From Fastidiosibacter lacustris (lineage in GTDB: Bacteria; Pseudomonadota; Gammaproteobacteria; Francisellales; Francisellaceae), in assembly GCF_003428155.1 (NCBI RefSeq), contig NZ_QLIR01000006.1, positions 60,539 through 92,538 of the forward strand: 32,000 bases of DNA, in the 5' to 3' direction. Of this stretch, positions 19,352 through 31,305 are shown piece after piece (within the stretch, counting starts at the first letter, position 1; each line of letters begins with the position of its first letter). The position numbers were made by a program, and so were the translations under genes. Below the pieces are notes generated by a model. That model saw only the letters and a list, made by a program, of their open reading frames with translations. It was not told the DNA's origin and searched no databases.

Positions 19352-19705
19352 ATGGATAAAAAAAATGCTCGTTTACGTCGTGCGAAGCGTACGCGAATCA
19401 AACTAAAAGAACTAAATCAAGTTCGTCTATGTATACATAGGACTCCAAGACATATGTATGCACAAATTATTTCTGGTGATGGTTCACAGGTTTTGGTGCA
19501 GGCGTCAACACTTGAGGAAGCTGTGAAAAAAGATTGTGCTTATACTGGTAACGTTGCTTCTGCAACGGTTGTTGGTAAATTCATTGCACAGCGCGCTATT
19601 GAAAAAGGTATTGAGCAAATTGCTTTTGACCGTTCAGGTTTTAGATATCATGGGCGTGTTAAAGCATTGGCTGATTCAGCTAGAGAAAATGGTTTGAAAT
19701 TTTAA
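19352..19705 (+). CDS. rplR: 50S ribosomal protein L18
   Basis: [19 protein letters not shown]...[27 protein letters not shown]. Confidence 0.98.
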   Translation: MDKKNARLRRAKRTRIKLKELNQVRLCIHRTPRHMYAQIISGDGSQVLVQASTLEEAVKKDCAYTGNVASATVVGKFIAQRAIEKGIEQIAFDRSGFRYHGRVKALADSARENGLKF

Positions 19706-19721
19706 TTAAAGGCGACTGATA

Positions 19722-20222
19722 ATGGCAGATAATATGCAAAAAACTGACGGCTTGATTGAAAAGTTAGTCAGTGTTAAAAGACATGCCAAAACAGTAAAAG
19801 GTGGTAGAATCATGAGCTTTGCTGCCTTAGTTGTTGTTGGTGATGGAAGTGGTCGAGTGGGTATTGGGCGTGGTAAGTCTCGTGAAGTACCGGTTGCTAT
19901 TCAAAAAGCGATGGAAAATGCGCGTCGTAATATGGTAACAGTGAACTTAAATGGTGATACATTATGGTATCCAACAACTGCAAGTCATGGTGCTTCTAAA
20001 GTATTTATGCAGCCAGCTTCCCCTGGTACAGGTATCATTGCAGGAGGAGCTATGCGTGCAGTATTTGAAGTAGTGGGTGTTCATAACGTTTTAGCTAAAA
20101 CCTATGGTTCAACCAACCCAATTAACGTTGTTCGTGCAACAATCAATGGTATGACTAAGCTTAAATCTCCAGAAGAGATTGCTGAAAAGCGTGGTTTGTC
20201 TATTGAAGAAATTCAAGGGTAA
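19722..20222 (+). CDS. rpsE: 30S ribosomal protein S5
   Basis: [53 protein letters not shown]. Confidence 0.98.
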   Translation: MADNMQKTDGLIEKLVSVKRHAKTVKGGRIMSFAALVVVGDGSGRVGIGRGKSREVPVAIQKAMENARRNMVTVNLNGDTLWYPTTASHGASKVFMQPASPGTGIIAGGAMRAVFEVVGVHNVLAKTYGSTNPINVVRATINGMTKLKSPEEIAEKRGLSIEEIQG

Positions 20223-20227
20223 GGACT

Positions 20228-20413
20228 ATGACTGATAACAAAACATTTAAAGTAACCCTTATTAAAAGCTTAATAGGTCGTCACGAAAAGCACAAGGCAT
20301 GTGCAAACGGCTTGGGTTTACGTAAAGTTCACCAATCTGTAGAAGTGATTGATACACTTGCTAATCGTGGCATGGCGAATAAAATCTACTACATGGTGAA
20401 AATAGAGGGGTGA
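20228..20413 (+). CDS. rpmD: 50S ribosomal protein L30
   Basis: [37 protein letters not shown]. Confidence 0.97.
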   Translation: MTDNKTFKVTLIKSLIGRHEKHKACANGLGLRKVHQSVEVIDTLANRGMANKIYYMVKIEG

Positions 20414-20418
20414 TTTCA

Positions 20419-20850
20419 ATGAGATTAAATACGATTTCTCCAGCTGAAGGTTCAAAATCTGCAGCTAAACGCCTTGGTCGTGGAATTGGCAGTGGTTTTG
20501 GTAAGACTGCTGGTCGTGGTCACAAAGGTCAAAAAGCACGCGCTGGTGGCTACCATAAAGTTGGTTTTGAAGGTGGTCAGATGCCACTTCAAAGACGATT
20601 GCCTAAGTTTGGTTTTACTTCACGTAAGGCAAAATACGTTGCTGAAATTAGGTTACATGAATTAAATGCAATTGAAGCAGATGTAATTAATTTGGATGCG
20701 TTAAAAGACGCAGGTATAGTTCGTAAGGATATGCTTGCAGCACGTATTATTGCAAGTGGTGAAATCAACAAGGCAGTAACCATTAATGGTCTACACTGTA
20801 CTAAAGGTGCGAAGGCTGCTATTGAAACAGCTGGTGGAAAGGTAGAGTAA
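20419..20850 (+). CDS. rplO: 50S ribosomal protein L15
   Basis: [44 protein letters not shown]; ATG 20419 preferred. Confidence 0.97.
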   Translation: MRLNTISPAEGSKSAAKRLGRGIGSGFGKTAGRGHKGQKARAGGYHKVGFEGGQMPLQRRLPKFGFTSRKAKYVAEIRLHELNAIEADVINLDALKDAGIVRKDMLAARIIASGEINKAVTINGLHCTKGAKAAIETAGGKVE

Positions 20851-20857
20851 TATTGCT

Positions 20858-22189
20858 ATGGCAACAAAAAATCTTAAAAGAGGTGGTGGTCTTCGCGAAT
20901 TAAGACAACGCCTTCTTTTTGTCTTATTAGGCATTATTGTCTTTAGACTAGGTGTCTATATCCCTATTCCGTACATTGATGCAGATCAGCTGGCTAAGCT
21001 TATGTCAGCACAATCAGCAGGTGGTAATGGCTTACTGAGTATGTTTAATATGTTCTCAGGTGGTGCGCTTGAAAAGTTGAGTATATTTGCGTTGGGTGTA
21101 ATGCCCTATATTTCTGCATCGATTATCTTCCAAATGATGAGTGCTGTATCGCCAAAGTTGATGGAGCTTAAAAAGGAAGGCGAGTCGGGACAAAAGAAAA
21201 TAACGCAATATACCAGATATGCAACTTTTGTTTTGGCGCTAATACAGTCATTTGGTATTGCAGTGTATACTTTTAATCAGCCTGGATTAGTGGATATTGA
21301 TTCAAGATTTTTGTTCTATTTTGCTGCTATTGTCTCAATGACTACAGGTAGTATGTTCTTGATGTGGTTGGGTGAACAGATGACTGAGCGAGGAATTGGT
21401 AATGGTATTTCATTACTGATTTTCTCAGGGATCGTTGCCAATTTACCATTTGAGGTGAGTACAACAATTTCACAAGCAAACCAAGGAATGATTTCGTACC
21501 TGACTGTTTGGGTGTTGTTAATTATTTTGTTGGCTGTTGTTGCTTTTGTCGTGTTTGTGGAACGTGCGCAGCGTCGTATTACGGTAAATTATGCTAAACG
21601 TCAGCAAGGTCGTAAAATGATGGCGCCACAAACAAGTCATTTACCATTAAAACTAAATATGGCAGGTGTGATCCCACCAATTTTTGCTTCATCTATTTTG
21701 ATGGTTCCTGGCATGCTTTCTAATTGGTTTGCTTCTTCGCCATCATTGGGATGGTTAGCAGAAATAGGCGAAGCACTACAACCAGGTAGCTTGCTGTATA
21801 CTTTAATTTTTGCAGCAGCGATTATATTTTTCTGCTTTTTTTATACAGCGCTTGTTTTTAATCCAAAAGAAACGGCAGATAACCTTAAAAGATCCGGTGC
21901 CTTTATTACTGGCGTGCGTCCAGGTGAGCAAACAGCAAAATACATTGATTCAGTGATGAGTAAATTGACTTTGATTGGTTCAATTTACATTACTGCAATT
22001 TGTTTGCTACCAATTTTCATTATGAATTTTTTTGGTCATGGGTTGTCATTTACATTTGGTGGAACTTCATTATTGATCGTGGTTGTGGTAATCATGGATT
22101 TTATGGCACAAGTTCAATCTCATATGATGTCAACGCAATATGATTCATTATTGAAAAAGGCAAATTTAAGTAATTACGGTAAATTATAG
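20858..22189 (+). CDS. secY: Preprotein translocase subunit SecY
   Basis: [28 protein letters not shown]...[18 protein letters not shown]; 10 TM layout. Confidence 0.98.
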   Translation: MATKNLKRGGGLRELRQRLLFVLLGIIVFRLGVYIPIPYIDADQLAKLMSAQSAGGNGLLSMFNMFSGGALEKLSIFALGVMPYISASIIFQMMSAVSPKLMELKKEGESGQKKITQYTRYATFVLALIQSFGIAVYTFNQPGLVDIDSRFLFYFAAIVSMTTGSMFLMWLGEQMTERGIGNGISLLIFSGIVANLPFEVSTTISQANQGMISYLTVWVLLIILLAVVAFVVFVERAQRRITVNYAKRQQGRKMMAPQTSHLPLKLNMAGVIPPIFASSILMVPGMLSNWFASSPSLGWLAEIGEALQPGSLLYTLIFAAAIIFFCFFYTALVFNPKETADNLKRSGAFITGVRPGEQTAKYIDSVMSKLTLIGSIYITAICLLPIFIMNFFGHGLSFTFGGTSLLIVVVVIMDFMAQVQSHMMSTQYDSLLKKANLSNYGKL

Positions 22190-22213
22190 TTTTAACAAAA
22201 ATGAGGTAATACA

Positions 22214-22327
22214 ATGAAAGTCAGAGCTTCCGTAAAGAAGATGTGCAGAAACTGTAAAGTGATAAAGCGCAATCGTGTGGTTCGTGTGATTTGTACTGAT
22301 CCAAGACATAAACAGCGTCAAGGTTAA
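22214..22327 (+). CDS. rpmJ: 50S ribosomal protein L36
   Basis: Not in ORF track (37 aa): [44 protein letters not shown], canonical position after secY. Confidence 0.97.
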
Positions 22328-22437
22328 TAATTAAACATGGCGACTTGCTTTTTCAACTGAAAAAAGGTATCTTTGTCCGCCGTGAGAATTTTACTAACAA
22401 TTTTAAGATATTAATAAAGTAAAACGGAGTATTGTGA

Positions 22438-22794
22438 ATGGCTCGTATAGCTGGGATTAACGTTCCTGATCATAAACATGCTGATATTGCCTTAACAGCA
22501 ATCTATGGTATTGGACGTCCGCGTGCACTTAAAATTTGTGCAGCATGCAACATTGAACCAAGCAAAAAAGTCAAAGACTTGACAGAAGAGCAGATCGAGT
22601 TATTGAGAACTGAGATTGCTAAGTTTACAGTAGAAGGTGATCTACGTCGTGAAGTATCAATGAACATTAAGCGTTTAATGGACTTAGGTACATATCGTGG
22701 TCGTAGACATCGTCGCAATCTGCCTGTAAGAGGTCAACGTACGAAGACAAATGCTCGTACACGCAAGGGACCAAGAAAGCCAATTAAGGCATAA
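22438..22794 (+). CDS. rpsM: 30S ribosomal protein S13
   Basis: [26 protein letters not shown]...[14 protein letters not shown]. Confidence 0.98.
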   Translation: MARIAGINVPDHKHADIALTAIYGIGRPRALKICAACNIEPSKKVKDLTEEQIELLRTEIAKFTVEGDLRREVSMNIKRLMDLGTYRGRRHRRNLPVRGQRTKTNARTRKGPRKPIKA

Positions 22795-22829
22795 GTACAA
22801 TTATAACAAAACAAATAGGAATCGAACTT

Positions 22830-23216
22830 ATGGCAAAAGCTGTAAAGCCTAAGAAAAAAGTCAAAAAGAGCGTGCCTGATGCAATTGCACACATTCATGC
22901 TTCTTTTAACAACACGATTATTACTATTACAGATCGTCAAGGTAATGCCTTATCTTGGGCAACTTCTGGCGGTAGTGGTTTTAGAGGTTCTCGTAAAAGT
23001 ACACCTTTTGCAGCACAGGTTGCTGCTGAGCGTGCAGGTGAACTAGCGCTTGAATATGGTGTAAAAAATGTTGATGTATTGGTGAAGGGTCCGGGTCCTG
23101 GACGTGAATCTGCAGTACGTGCTTTAAACGCGAAAGGCTTTAAGGTAACAAGTATTACAGACGTAACACCATTACCACATAATGGTTGTCGTCCTCCGAA
23201 AAAACGTCGTGTGTAA
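22830..23216 (+). CDS. rpsK: 30S ribosomal protein S11
   Basis: [53 protein letters not shown]. Confidence 0.98.
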   Translation: MAKAVKPKKKVKKSVPDAIAHIHASFNNTIITITDRQGNALSWATSGGSGFRGSRKSTPFAAQVAAERAGELALEYGVKNVDVLVKGPGPGRESAVRALNAKGFKVTSITDVTPLPHNGCRPPKKRRV

Positions 23217-23233
23217 GATTTAAGGTAAGTAAA

Positions 23234-23854
23234 ATGGCTAGATACTTAGGACCTAAGTGTAAGCTTTCTCGTCGAGAAGGCACGGATCTTCAGCTAAAAA
23301 GCGGTGTGAGATCAATTGAAGAGAAATGCAAAATTAATACGCAACCTGGTCAGCATGGTGCAAAAAGAGCGCGTCTTTCTGATTATGGTTTGCAATTGCG
23401 TGAGAAACAAAAAGTGCGTCGTATTTATGGCATACTTGAGAACCAATTTAAAAAATATTATACAGAAGCAGCAAGGCGTAAAGGTAATACAGGTGCTAAC
23501 TTGTTAGAGCTTTTAGAAGGTCGTTTGGATAACGTTGTTTATAGAATGGGCTTTGGATCAACGCGTGCAGAGGCACGTCAGTTGGTGACTCACAAAGGTG
23601 TTTTAGTAAATGGTAAGACTTGTAACATTCCTTCTTTTAATTTAAGCGCAGGTGATACGATTGCTGTGCGTGAAAAATCTAAGAAGCAACTGCGCATTCA
23701 AAGTGCGTTAGAGTTATCTAAGCAACGTGGATCTGTTTCTTGGATTGAAGTAAATGAAGCCAAGCTTGAAGGTGTATTTAAATCTAAACCTGAACGTGCT
23801 GAATTACCTGCAGACATCAACGAGCAACTTATCGTCGAGCTATATTCTAAATAA
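23234..23854 (+). CDS. rpsD: 30S ribosomal protein S4
   Basis: [19 protein letters not shown]; ATG 23234 preferred over the upstream start in the ORF track. Confidence 0.98.
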   Translation: MARYLGPKCKLSRREGTDLQLKSGVRSIEEKCKINTQPGQHGAKRARLSDYGLQLREKQKVRRIYGILENQFKKYYTEAARRKGNTGANLLELLEGRLDNVVYRMGFGSTRAEARQLVTHKGVLVNGKTCNIPSFNLSAGDTIAVREKSKKQLRIQSALELSKQRGSVSWIEVNEAKLEGVFKSKPERAELPADINEQLIVELYSK

Positions 23855-23875
23855 TAGATAAACGGAGAGCAGTTA

Positions 23876-24853
23876 ATGCATACTTGTCCAACTGAAGTTT
23901 ACAAACCACAAATTAGCAGTATTACTGAAGTTAAGCGCAACTGCTTTAGCATTGTGCTTGAACCATTTGCTGTTGGTTTTGGTCATGTAATGGGGAATGC
24001 TCTCAGAAGAATTTTACTATCTTCCATTCCAGGTGCTGCTATTACTGAAGTTCAAATTGAAAGGGCTTTACATGAGTACTGCACACTGGAAGGTGTTCAA
24101 GAAGACGTTGTTGAGATTCTACTTAATTTAAAAAAGCTTGCTGTTAGTTTGGAAAATGACGTTGAAGAAGCCTATTTAACTCTGGAGAAAAAAGGGTCTG
24201 CAAAAGTTACTGCTGCAGATTTAGGAGCAAGCGGTAATGTGGATGTGGCTGATCCTGATTATGTGATTGCGCATTTAAACGAAGGTGGACATATCAATAT
24301 GTTGGTCAAAGTAGCGCAAGGTCGTGGATTTGTACCTTCAACGGTATATAGTCAATCACCTGAAGAAGAACTTTTGGTTGGTCACATCCCATTAGACGCT
24401 TCTTTTAATCCAGTGTTAGATGTTTCTTTTACTGTTAAGGCTTTAGATAACAGTAGTGAAAAGCTCGAAATTTTTATGCGTACTAAAGGTACGATTAAGC
24501 CAGAGGTGGCAATCGAGACGGCGATGACTTATTTCTATGAGCAAATTGCTGTTTTTGTAGATTTAAAAGCACCTTTGGGTCGTAAGATGACTCAGGATAC
24601 GCCTGAAATCGACCCTTTACTACTTAGACCGGTTGAAGATTTGGAGTTAACGGTTAGATCAGCTAATTGCTTAAAAGCACAAAATATCCGCTATTTGGGT
24701 GATTTAGTGCAATTCCCTGAATCTGACTTAATGCGTATCCCTAATTTAGGGCGTAAGTCTTTGAATGAAATTAAATCTGTGCTGGCAGAACGTGGCCTTT
24801 CTTTGGGTGTTAGAATTGACAACTGGCCGCCAGAACAATTGAGTAATAAGTAA
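23876..24853 (+). CDS. rpoA: DNA-directed RNA polymerase alpha subunit
   Basis: [28 protein letters not shown]...[24 protein letters not shown]...[12 protein letters not shown]. Confidence 0.98.
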   Translation: MHTCPTEVYKPQISSITEVKRNCFSIVLEPFAVGFGHVMGNALRRILLSSIPGAAITEVQIERALHEYCTLEGVQEDVVEILLNLKKLAVSLENDVEEAYLTLEKKGSAKVTAADLGASGNVDVADPDYVIAHLNEGGHINMLVKVAQGRGFVPSTVYSQSPEEELLVGHIPLDASFNPVLDVSFTVKALDNSSEKLEIFMRTKGTIKPEVAIETAMTYFYEQIAVFVDLKAPLGRKMTQDTPEIDPLLLRPVEDLELTVRSANCLKAQNIRYLGDLVQFPESDLMRIPNLGRKSLNEIKSVLAERGLSLGVRIDNWPPEQLSNK

Positions 24854-24880
24854 TATAATTTTAACTAGAAGGAAATTACT

Positions 24881-25324
24881 ATGCGTCATCGTAAGAGTGG
24901 TCGTAAGTTTAATAGAACAAGCAGCCATCGCAAAGCGATGTTTAGAAACATGTCAGCGTCTCTATTAAAGCACGAGCTGATTAAAACTACGCTTCCTAAA
25001 GCAAAAGAGCTAAGGGGTTTTGTTGAGCCTTTAATTACTCTAGCTAAGCGTGAAGTTGAATTGCGCAAGAGCGATATTGACCTGGCCAGCAATGAGTTTA
25101 AAGCACAAGTTGTTGCTTTAAGACGTCAAGCGTTTAGCTTTTTGCGTAACAAAGAGGCAGTCAAAAAGTTGTTTGAAGAAATCGCTCAGCGTTATGAAGC
25201 ACGTCCAGGTGGTTATACACGTGTGCTTAAGTGTGGTTATCGTTTTGGTGATAAGGCGCCAATGGCATTTATTGAGCTTGTTGATCGTCCTCAATCAGAA
25301 ATTGAAAATGTTGTAGAAGCATAA
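24881..25324 (+). CDS. rplQ: 50S ribosomal protein L17
   Basis: [24 protein letters not shown]. Confidence 0.98.
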   Translation: MRHRKSGRKFNRTSSHRKAMFRNMSASLLKHELIKTTLPKAKELRGFVEPLITLAKREVELRKSDIDLASNEFKAQVVALRRQAFSFLRNKEAVKKLFEEIAQRYEARPGGYTRVLKCGYRFGDKAPMAFIELVDRPQSEIENVVEA

Positions 25325-25349
25325 TCAATATAAGCTTACTAAAATATTA

Positions 25350-25373
25350 AGCCCACTTAAGTGGGCTTTTTTA
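25350..25373 (+). terminator. Rho-independent terminator of the ribosomal supercluster
   Basis: AGCCCACTTAAGTGGGCT stem followed by T-tract, 25 bp after rplQ. Confidence 0.9.
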
Positions 25374-25452
25374 TTTCTAATTCTCTTGACATTGACTAAG
25401 TTCAGTCTCAGGCTTATTCAAATTATTTAGGTGTAATCATGAAGATAACTGG

Positions 25453-26352
25453 ATGAAGAGAATATTAATTGCTGGTGGTTCAGGTTTTATTGGTAGAAAT
25501 TTAGTACATCATCTAAAAAAAGAGGGTTATTTTGTAATACTTTTAAGTCGTACACCAAGGTTGATTAATGGGTATGATCAAGTGATAACTTGGGACGAAA
25601 TTATACCTGAACAAATAGCGACATTTGATGTTGTGATTAATTTGTGTGGTTACGGCATCAGTGAAAAAAAGTGGTCACCACAAATTAAAAATAAGATTGT
25701 TAATAGTCGAGTTGAGACGACAGAATACTTAATTAAACTGATTGGGGATAATGATATATGGCTTATTAATGCCAGTGCAATTGGCTTTTACCCTTTTTCT
25801 TTTAAGCTCCAAAATGAAGATAATATTGAGGTATTATCAAAGCATAATACAGGCTTCTGTCAATATATTGCAAAGCAATGGGAGGCAGTAGTTATAGGTT
25901 CAAGACTAAGACGCAAGACTATCTTGCGCTTTGGAGTAGTCTTGGGGAAAGGTGGTATGCTTAATCAGTTATTATCTAGTGTTAAAATGGGCATGGGTGC
26001 AAGAATTGGTGATGGTCAGCAGTTGATGTCTTGGGTGCATATCAATGACTTATGCCGTGCGCTGCTATTTTTACTAACAATAGATGCTGTTAATACAACT
26101 TTTAATATCGTCGCGCCTAATGCCTGTACACAAGCTAAATTTATGCGAATACTTTGCCAAAAAATGAATAAGCGTCAATGGTTTGTTATCCCAAAATTTA
26201 TGGTCAAACTCATGTTTGGACAAATGGGAAATGAGTTGCTATTAGCTTCGCATTGTATCGAACCTAAACGGTTACAAAATTTAGAATTTAAGTTTATATA
26301 TCCAACCATTGAATTAGCATTAGAAAGTATTGTAAAAGAGACCCAAACTTAA
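25453..26352 (+). CDS. TIGR01777-type NAD-dependent epimerase/dehydratase (YfcH-like)
   Basis: MKRILIAGGSGFIGRNLVHHLKKEGYFVILLSR; NLCGYGISEKKWSPQIKNKIVNSRVETTEYLI; GDGQQLMSWVHINDLCRAL. Confidence 0.88.
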   Translation: MKRILIAGGSGFIGRNLVHHLKKEGYFVILLSRTPRLINGYDQVITWDEIIPEQIATFDVVINLCGYGISEKKWSPQIKNKIVNSRVETTEYLIKLIGDNDIWLINASAIGFYPFSFKLQNEDNIEVLSKHNTGFCQYIAKQWEAVVIGSRLRRKTILRFGVVLGKGGMLNQLLSSVKMGMGARIGDGQQLMSWVHINDLCRALLFLLTIDAVNTTFNIVAPNACTQAKFMRILCQKMNKRQWFVIPKFMVKLMFGQMGNELLLASHCIEPKRLQNLEFKFIYPTIELALESIVKETQT

Positions 26353-26445
26353 ACTCGAGAATTGGTTCAAATTGACTTAATTAGTTATCCTGTAAAATTT
26401 GCATTATTAATTGATACAGGAGAAAGAGAAGCAAGTAGGTGATAT

Positions 26446-27435
26446 GTGAAAACAGTAACGTCACAATATAGAGAATATGATAAATACGCAGTCTTATTAG
26501 TTAATCTAGGCACTCCAGACTCGTACACAGTAAAAGACGTAAAACAGTATTTAAAACAATTCTTATCGGATAGACGAGTTATTGAATTAACCCCTTTAAT
26601 TTGGCAATTGATTTTAAGATTATTAGTTCTGCCATTTCGTTCTCCTAAAACTGCAAAGCTTTATCAAAAAGTTTGGTTGAAAGAAAAAAACCTTTCACCG
26701 CTTATGTATTACACTCAAATGCAAACTAAGAGGCTAGCACAAGCAATAGATAACGATGTTATCGTTGACTTCGCCATGCGTTATGGTGAGCCTTCAATAG
26801 AAGCAAAAATCCATAGCTTACAAGCACAAGGCGTAACAACAATTAAAGTATTTCCTTTATACCCACAGTATTCTGCTACAACGACAGCTTCTGTTTATGA
26901 CGAAGTGTTTCGTGTGCTCAAAAAAATGCGTAATCAGCCTAACATTATTGGAGTTAAACCATATTACGCTCATCCACAGTATATTGAGGCATTAAAAAAG
27001 AGTGTTTTAACCTATATACCTAAGCTTAATTTTGCCCCAGATATTATTTTATTCTCTTTTCATGGCATACCTAAACAATGCGTGGATAAGGGTGACCCCT
27101 ACTATTGGCAGTGTCAAGAAACTTATCGTTTAGTTAAAAATGCGCTTTCTAACCTTAATATTGAGCTTAGGATGTCTTTTCAGTCGCGTTTTGGACCTAA
27201 AAAATGGTTAAGCCCTTATACAACAGATGTTTTAAAGATCCTTCCAACTGAAAATAAAAATAAAATTTTACTTGTTACTCCAGGGTTTGCGGCAGATTGT
27301 TTAGAAACATTAGAGGAGCTTAATGAAACCGAGCGTAAAACTTTTCTTCAGGCAGGGGGTACGCATTATGCAGTTATGCCATGCTTAAATGATAGTGATG
27401 AACATATGGAGTTGTTAAAAACCTTGGCAAAATAA
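26446..27435 (+). CDS. hemH: Ferrochelatase
   Basis: [33 protein letters not shown]...[26 protein letters not shown]...[18 protein letters not shown]. Confidence 0.95.
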   Translation: MKTVTSQYREYDKYAVLLVNLGTPDSYTVKDVKQYLKQFLSDRRVIELTPLIWQLILRLLVLPFRSPKTAKLYQKVWLKEKNLSPLMYYTQMQTKRLAQAIDNDVIVDFAMRYGEPSIEAKIHSLQAQGVTTIKVFPLYPQYSATTTASVYDEVFRVLKKMRNQPNIIGVKPYYAHPQYIEALKKSVLTYIPKLNFAPDIILFSFHGIPKQCVDKGDPYYWQCQETYRLVKNALSNLNIELRMSFQSRFGPKKWLSPYTTDVLKILPTENKNKILLVTPGFAADCLETLEELNETERKTFLQAGGTHYAVMPCLNDSDEHMELLKTLAK

Positions 27436-27481
27436 CAAAACTTTTATAGAATTGACCAGCTTTAAAACCTTGGAGAATGCT

Positions 27482-27694
27482 ATGGCTCGTGTAACAGTAG
27501 AAGATTGTTTAGAAAAAATAGATAGCCGTTTTGAGTTGATTGTATTAGCAGCAAAAAGGGCACGTAATTTAATGTTAAGTGGTCAAGAACCGCGTGTCGA
27601 ATGGGACAATGATAAAGCAACAGTTGTTGCTTTACGTGAAATTGCTGGTGGCAAGATATCTAAGTCAGAATTACGAGCACAGCAAGAATATTAG
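27482..27694 (+). CDS. rpoZ: RNA polymerase omega subunit
   Basis: [30 protein letters not shown]; ATG 27482 with RBS GGAG preferred over 27452. Confidence 0.93.
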   Translation: MARVTVEDCLEKIDSRFELIVLAAKRARNLMLSGQEPRVEWDNDKATVVALREIAGGKISKSELRAQQEY

Positions 27695-27721
27695 AAAGTT
27701 CAAAAATAATAATTTTAGTGA

Positions 27722-27749
27722 TTGACTTTGTTTTTTTTGGCTCTATAAT
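27722..27749 (+). promoter_or_regulatory. Strong putative sigma70 promoter for tRNA-Val
   Basis: TTGACT (27722-27727), 16 bp, TATAAT (27744-27749), 14 bp before the tRNA. Confidence 0.8.
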
Positions 27750-27763
27750 TTGGTTTCGTTCTC

Positions 27764-27839
27764 GGGTGCTTAGCTCAGCTGGGAGAGCATCGCCCTTACA
27801 AGGCGAGGGTCGGGGGTTCGAACCCCTCAGCACCCACCA
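27764..27839 (+). tRNA. tRNA-Val(TAC)
   Basis: GGGTGCTTAGCTCAGCTGGGAGAGCATCGCCCTTACAAGGCGAGGGTCGGGGGTTCGAACCCCTCAGCACCCACCA; anticodon loop CTTACAA. Confidence 0.97.
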
Positions 27840-27846
27840 GAGATTT

Positions 27847-27875
27847 TAAAAGGCTTCTAAGTGGAAGCCTTTTTT
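27847..27875 (+). terminator. Terminator after tRNA-Val
   Basis: AAAAGGCTTC-taagtg-GAAGCCTTTTTT. Confidence 0.88.
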
Positions 27876-28012
27876 GTTTGCGTTATAAAGTGTATTTGCT
27901 TGTGTTTTGGGCACTTGTTTGTAACAATAACGCGACTCTTTGCTATTGTTTTATATTTAATAAAGCACTAGCTTATCGAGAGTAAGTACGATAAACCGAA
28001 AGGAGTAAAAAT

Positions 28013-28369
28013 ATGAAACATTATGAAATTGTGTTTATGGTTCATCCTGATCAAAGCGATCAGTTACAACAGATGTTGCAAAAATATCGTGAAATCATTG
28101 AGTCAACTGGCGGTAAGATTCATCGTCTAGAAGATTGGGGGCGTCGTCAACTTGCTTATCCAATTGCAAAACTTCATAAAGCACATTACATCTTGATGAA
28201 TATTGAATGTAATACTGAAGCATTGAATGAGCTAAATGATTCATTTAGATATAATGATGCGATTCTTCGTCGTTTAGTTTTGAGTACTAAAGGTTCAATA
28301 ATTGAACCCTCAGTGATGATGGCTAAAGATGAGAAAAAAGAAGTTAAAGAAACAGTTGATACTGAGTAA
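28013..28369 (+). CDS. rpsF: 30S ribosomal protein S6
   Basis: [18 protein letters not shown]...[32 protein letters not shown]. Confidence 0.97.
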   Translation: MKHYEIVFMVHPDQSDQLQQMLQKYREIIESTGGKIHRLEDWGRRQLAYPIAKLHKAHYILMNIECNTEALNELNDSFRYNDAILRRLVLSTKGSIIEPSVMMAKDEKKEVKETVDTE

Positions 28370-28379
28370 GGAGAGAACT

Positions 28380-28607
28380 ATGCGTGTAAATCGTCGTCGT
28401 AAAGTGTGTCGTTTTAGTGTTGAAGGCGTAAAAGAAATCGATTACAAAGATTTAAACACTTTAAAAGGATATATTACGGAAACCGGTAAAATCGTTCCAA
28501 GTCGTATTACAGGTACTTCAACTAAGTATCAGCGCCAACTTGCTACTGCAATTAAAAGAGCAAGATTCTTGGCGTTAATTCCATACTGTGATCGTCACTT
28601 TAATTAA
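28380..28607 (+). CDS. rpsR: 30S ribosomal protein S18
   Basis: [46 protein letters not shown]; ATG 28380 preferred. Confidence 0.97.
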   Translation: MRVNRRRKVCRFSVEGVKEIDYKDLNTLKGYITETGKIVPSRITGTSTKYQRQLATAIKRARFLALIPYCDRHFN

Positions 28608-28630
28608 TACCAGCTAAGAGGTCTTTCACA

Positions 28631-29080
28631 ATGCAAGTTATTTTAAAGGAAAAAGTAGAAAACCTAGGTGCTTTAGGTGATGTGGTAAATGTTAAGCCTG
28701 GCTATGCGCGTAACTATTTAGTACCTTATGGTAAAGCTGTTCAAGCAACTGAGCAAAACATTGCTACATTTGAGAAGCAAAAAGCAGAATTGCAACAAGC
28801 AGAAGCTGTCCGTTTGGCAGATGCTAAAGCAAAAGCAGAAAAAATTATAGGTCAAGTGTTCACAATTGTTGCTCCTGCCGGAGATGGTGGTAAGCTATTT
28901 GGTTCGGTGGGTACGAAAGAAGTAGCTGAAGTGATCGCCAAAACCGTTGGTGTTGAAGTTGAGAAACGCCATGTGCGCATGCCAGAAGGTATTATTCGTT
29001 CGTTGGGTGAGTATAGTTTATTGGTTCATTTGCATACAGATGTAGATGCGGATATTCAGTTAATTATTAAAGCTGAATAA
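28631..29080 (+). CDS. rplI: 50S ribosomal protein L9
   Basis: [37 protein letters not shown]. Confidence 0.98.
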   Translation: MQVILKEKVENLGALGDVVNVKPGYARNYLVPYGKAVQATEQNIATFEKQKAELQQAEAVRLADAKAKAEKIIGQVFTIVAPAGDGGKLFGSVGTKEVAEVIAKTVGVEVEKRHVRMPEGIIRSLGEYSLLVHLHTDVDADIQLIIKAE

Positions 29081-29109
29081 AAAAGATATATAAAACGCTT
29101 TTATTATTT

Positions 29110-29131
29110 AAGCCGCAATTTTGCGGCTTTT
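29110..29131. terminator. Terminator between rplI and convergent adk
   Basis: AAGCCGCAATTTTGCGGCTTTTTT; T-tract on the plus side. Confidence 0.85.
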
Positions 29132-29137
29132 TTGTAG

Positions 29138-30301
<1,164 letters not shown>

Positions 30302-30661
30302 GGATAACACAAGTTATTTTTTTGAAATTTATGTTTGTACAGGATGTTTTTTCATTTGAATAGCTTTATTGCACAAATTTTTCTATTCAATTAAAACCTG
30401 TTTATTGATGAATAAAGGAAATTAACCCATCACATCATGAATAAAGAAATCGACAACTTAAACATTACTGAAATAGATGCCTATCCCAAGATATTAAATA
30501 GACACCGATGCTATAAAACCACGATTCTGTATTTAGTAAATACTCATCGTTTAAGGTTAGACACCTTTTAATTGTAGAAGCATAGCTTGTAGCTGCCTTA
30601 CCCACCTTAATACTCTCCCCGGTAATCTTCGGTTCGCTCTCAGCTCCGCCATTTGCAACAT

Positions 30662-31303
30662 CTAACTATTAATAAAACTCGCTACTTCTTCATCATCGAT
30701 CTGCTCAAAACCAGCGGAATTTAACTCACTCTTTATTTTTTCTATTTGGTTGACTCTTCCGATTAATTGCATTGCTGCATGAGTCTCGCTATCGTCAAAA
30801 ACTCTGCAAAGCACAATATCGTTAGCGTTACTAAAAATAGAATTCACATTTTCACTTGAAATCCCATTTGTAGAATTATTAAAACAATCTAGTATGGATT
30901 GAGCGGATGTGTTTTTTGAGTTAAATACTAGAGATACATATCTATAGTGAGTAATTGAATTGAGAGGCAAACTTTTAATATCATTCGCCTCATTTTTTAC
31001 TAAAGAATATACGCCTGTAGACTCATTCCTTATTAATACATCTCCCTCGCTAAACCCTTCTTTCAGTTGTTTCTTTAGTTTCAACTCCTGAACTTTTGAA
31101 CCCGAAAAAGCTGTGCCAGTTGTTAGCCATTTAAAAACATATGGGAAAAAAGAGAGTAAAACAGGAAGAAAACTAGTCCATATTTTTGTCAGGCTATCGA
31201 TATCCCGCTGCAAGATAGTGATAGTAGCTAAACTACTATCGCCTGATTTTTTTGATTGTTCCCAAAGGTTTATACCTTCGTCGTACAAAAAAACTGGTTT
31301 CAT
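30662..31303 (-). CDS. Hypothetical single-TM protein, candidate immunity protein for the adjacent toxin
   Basis: 213 aa; hydrophobic segment IWTSFLPVLLSFFPYVFKWL; starts 2 bp after the stop codon of the upstream toxin-like ORF, same strand. Confidence 0.55.
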   Translation of the reverse strand: MKPVFLYDEGINLWEQSKKSGDSSLATITILQRDIDSLTKIWTSFLPVLLSFFPYVFKWLTTGTAFSGSKVQELKLKKQLKEGFSEGDVLIRNESTGVYSLVKNEANDIKSLPLNSITHYRYVSLVFNSKNTSAQSILDCFNNSTNGISSENVNSIFSNANDIVLCRVFDDSETHAAMQLIGRVNQIEKIKSELNSAGFEQIDDEEVASFINS

Positions 31304-31305
31304 TT

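Noticed and set aside
11995-20783. Numerous small ORFs inside ribosomal protein genes (e.g. 11995-12192, 12697-12909, 13298-13537, 13706-14044, 14195-14395, 15990-16178, 16700-17071, 18773-19114, 20474-20665)
   Set aside because: Antisense or out-of-frame shadows of highly conserved ribosomal protein genes.
22503-25092. Small ORFs 22503-22718, 22734-22940, 23316-23507, 24746-24928, 24886-25092
   Set aside because: Overlap rpsM/rpsK/rpsD/rpoA/rplQ in other frames with no independent support.
25385-25425. TTGACA box before the TIGR01777-like epimerase gene as a strong promoter
   Set aside because: Good -35 match but no convincing -10 at 16-18 bp, so not listed as a feature.
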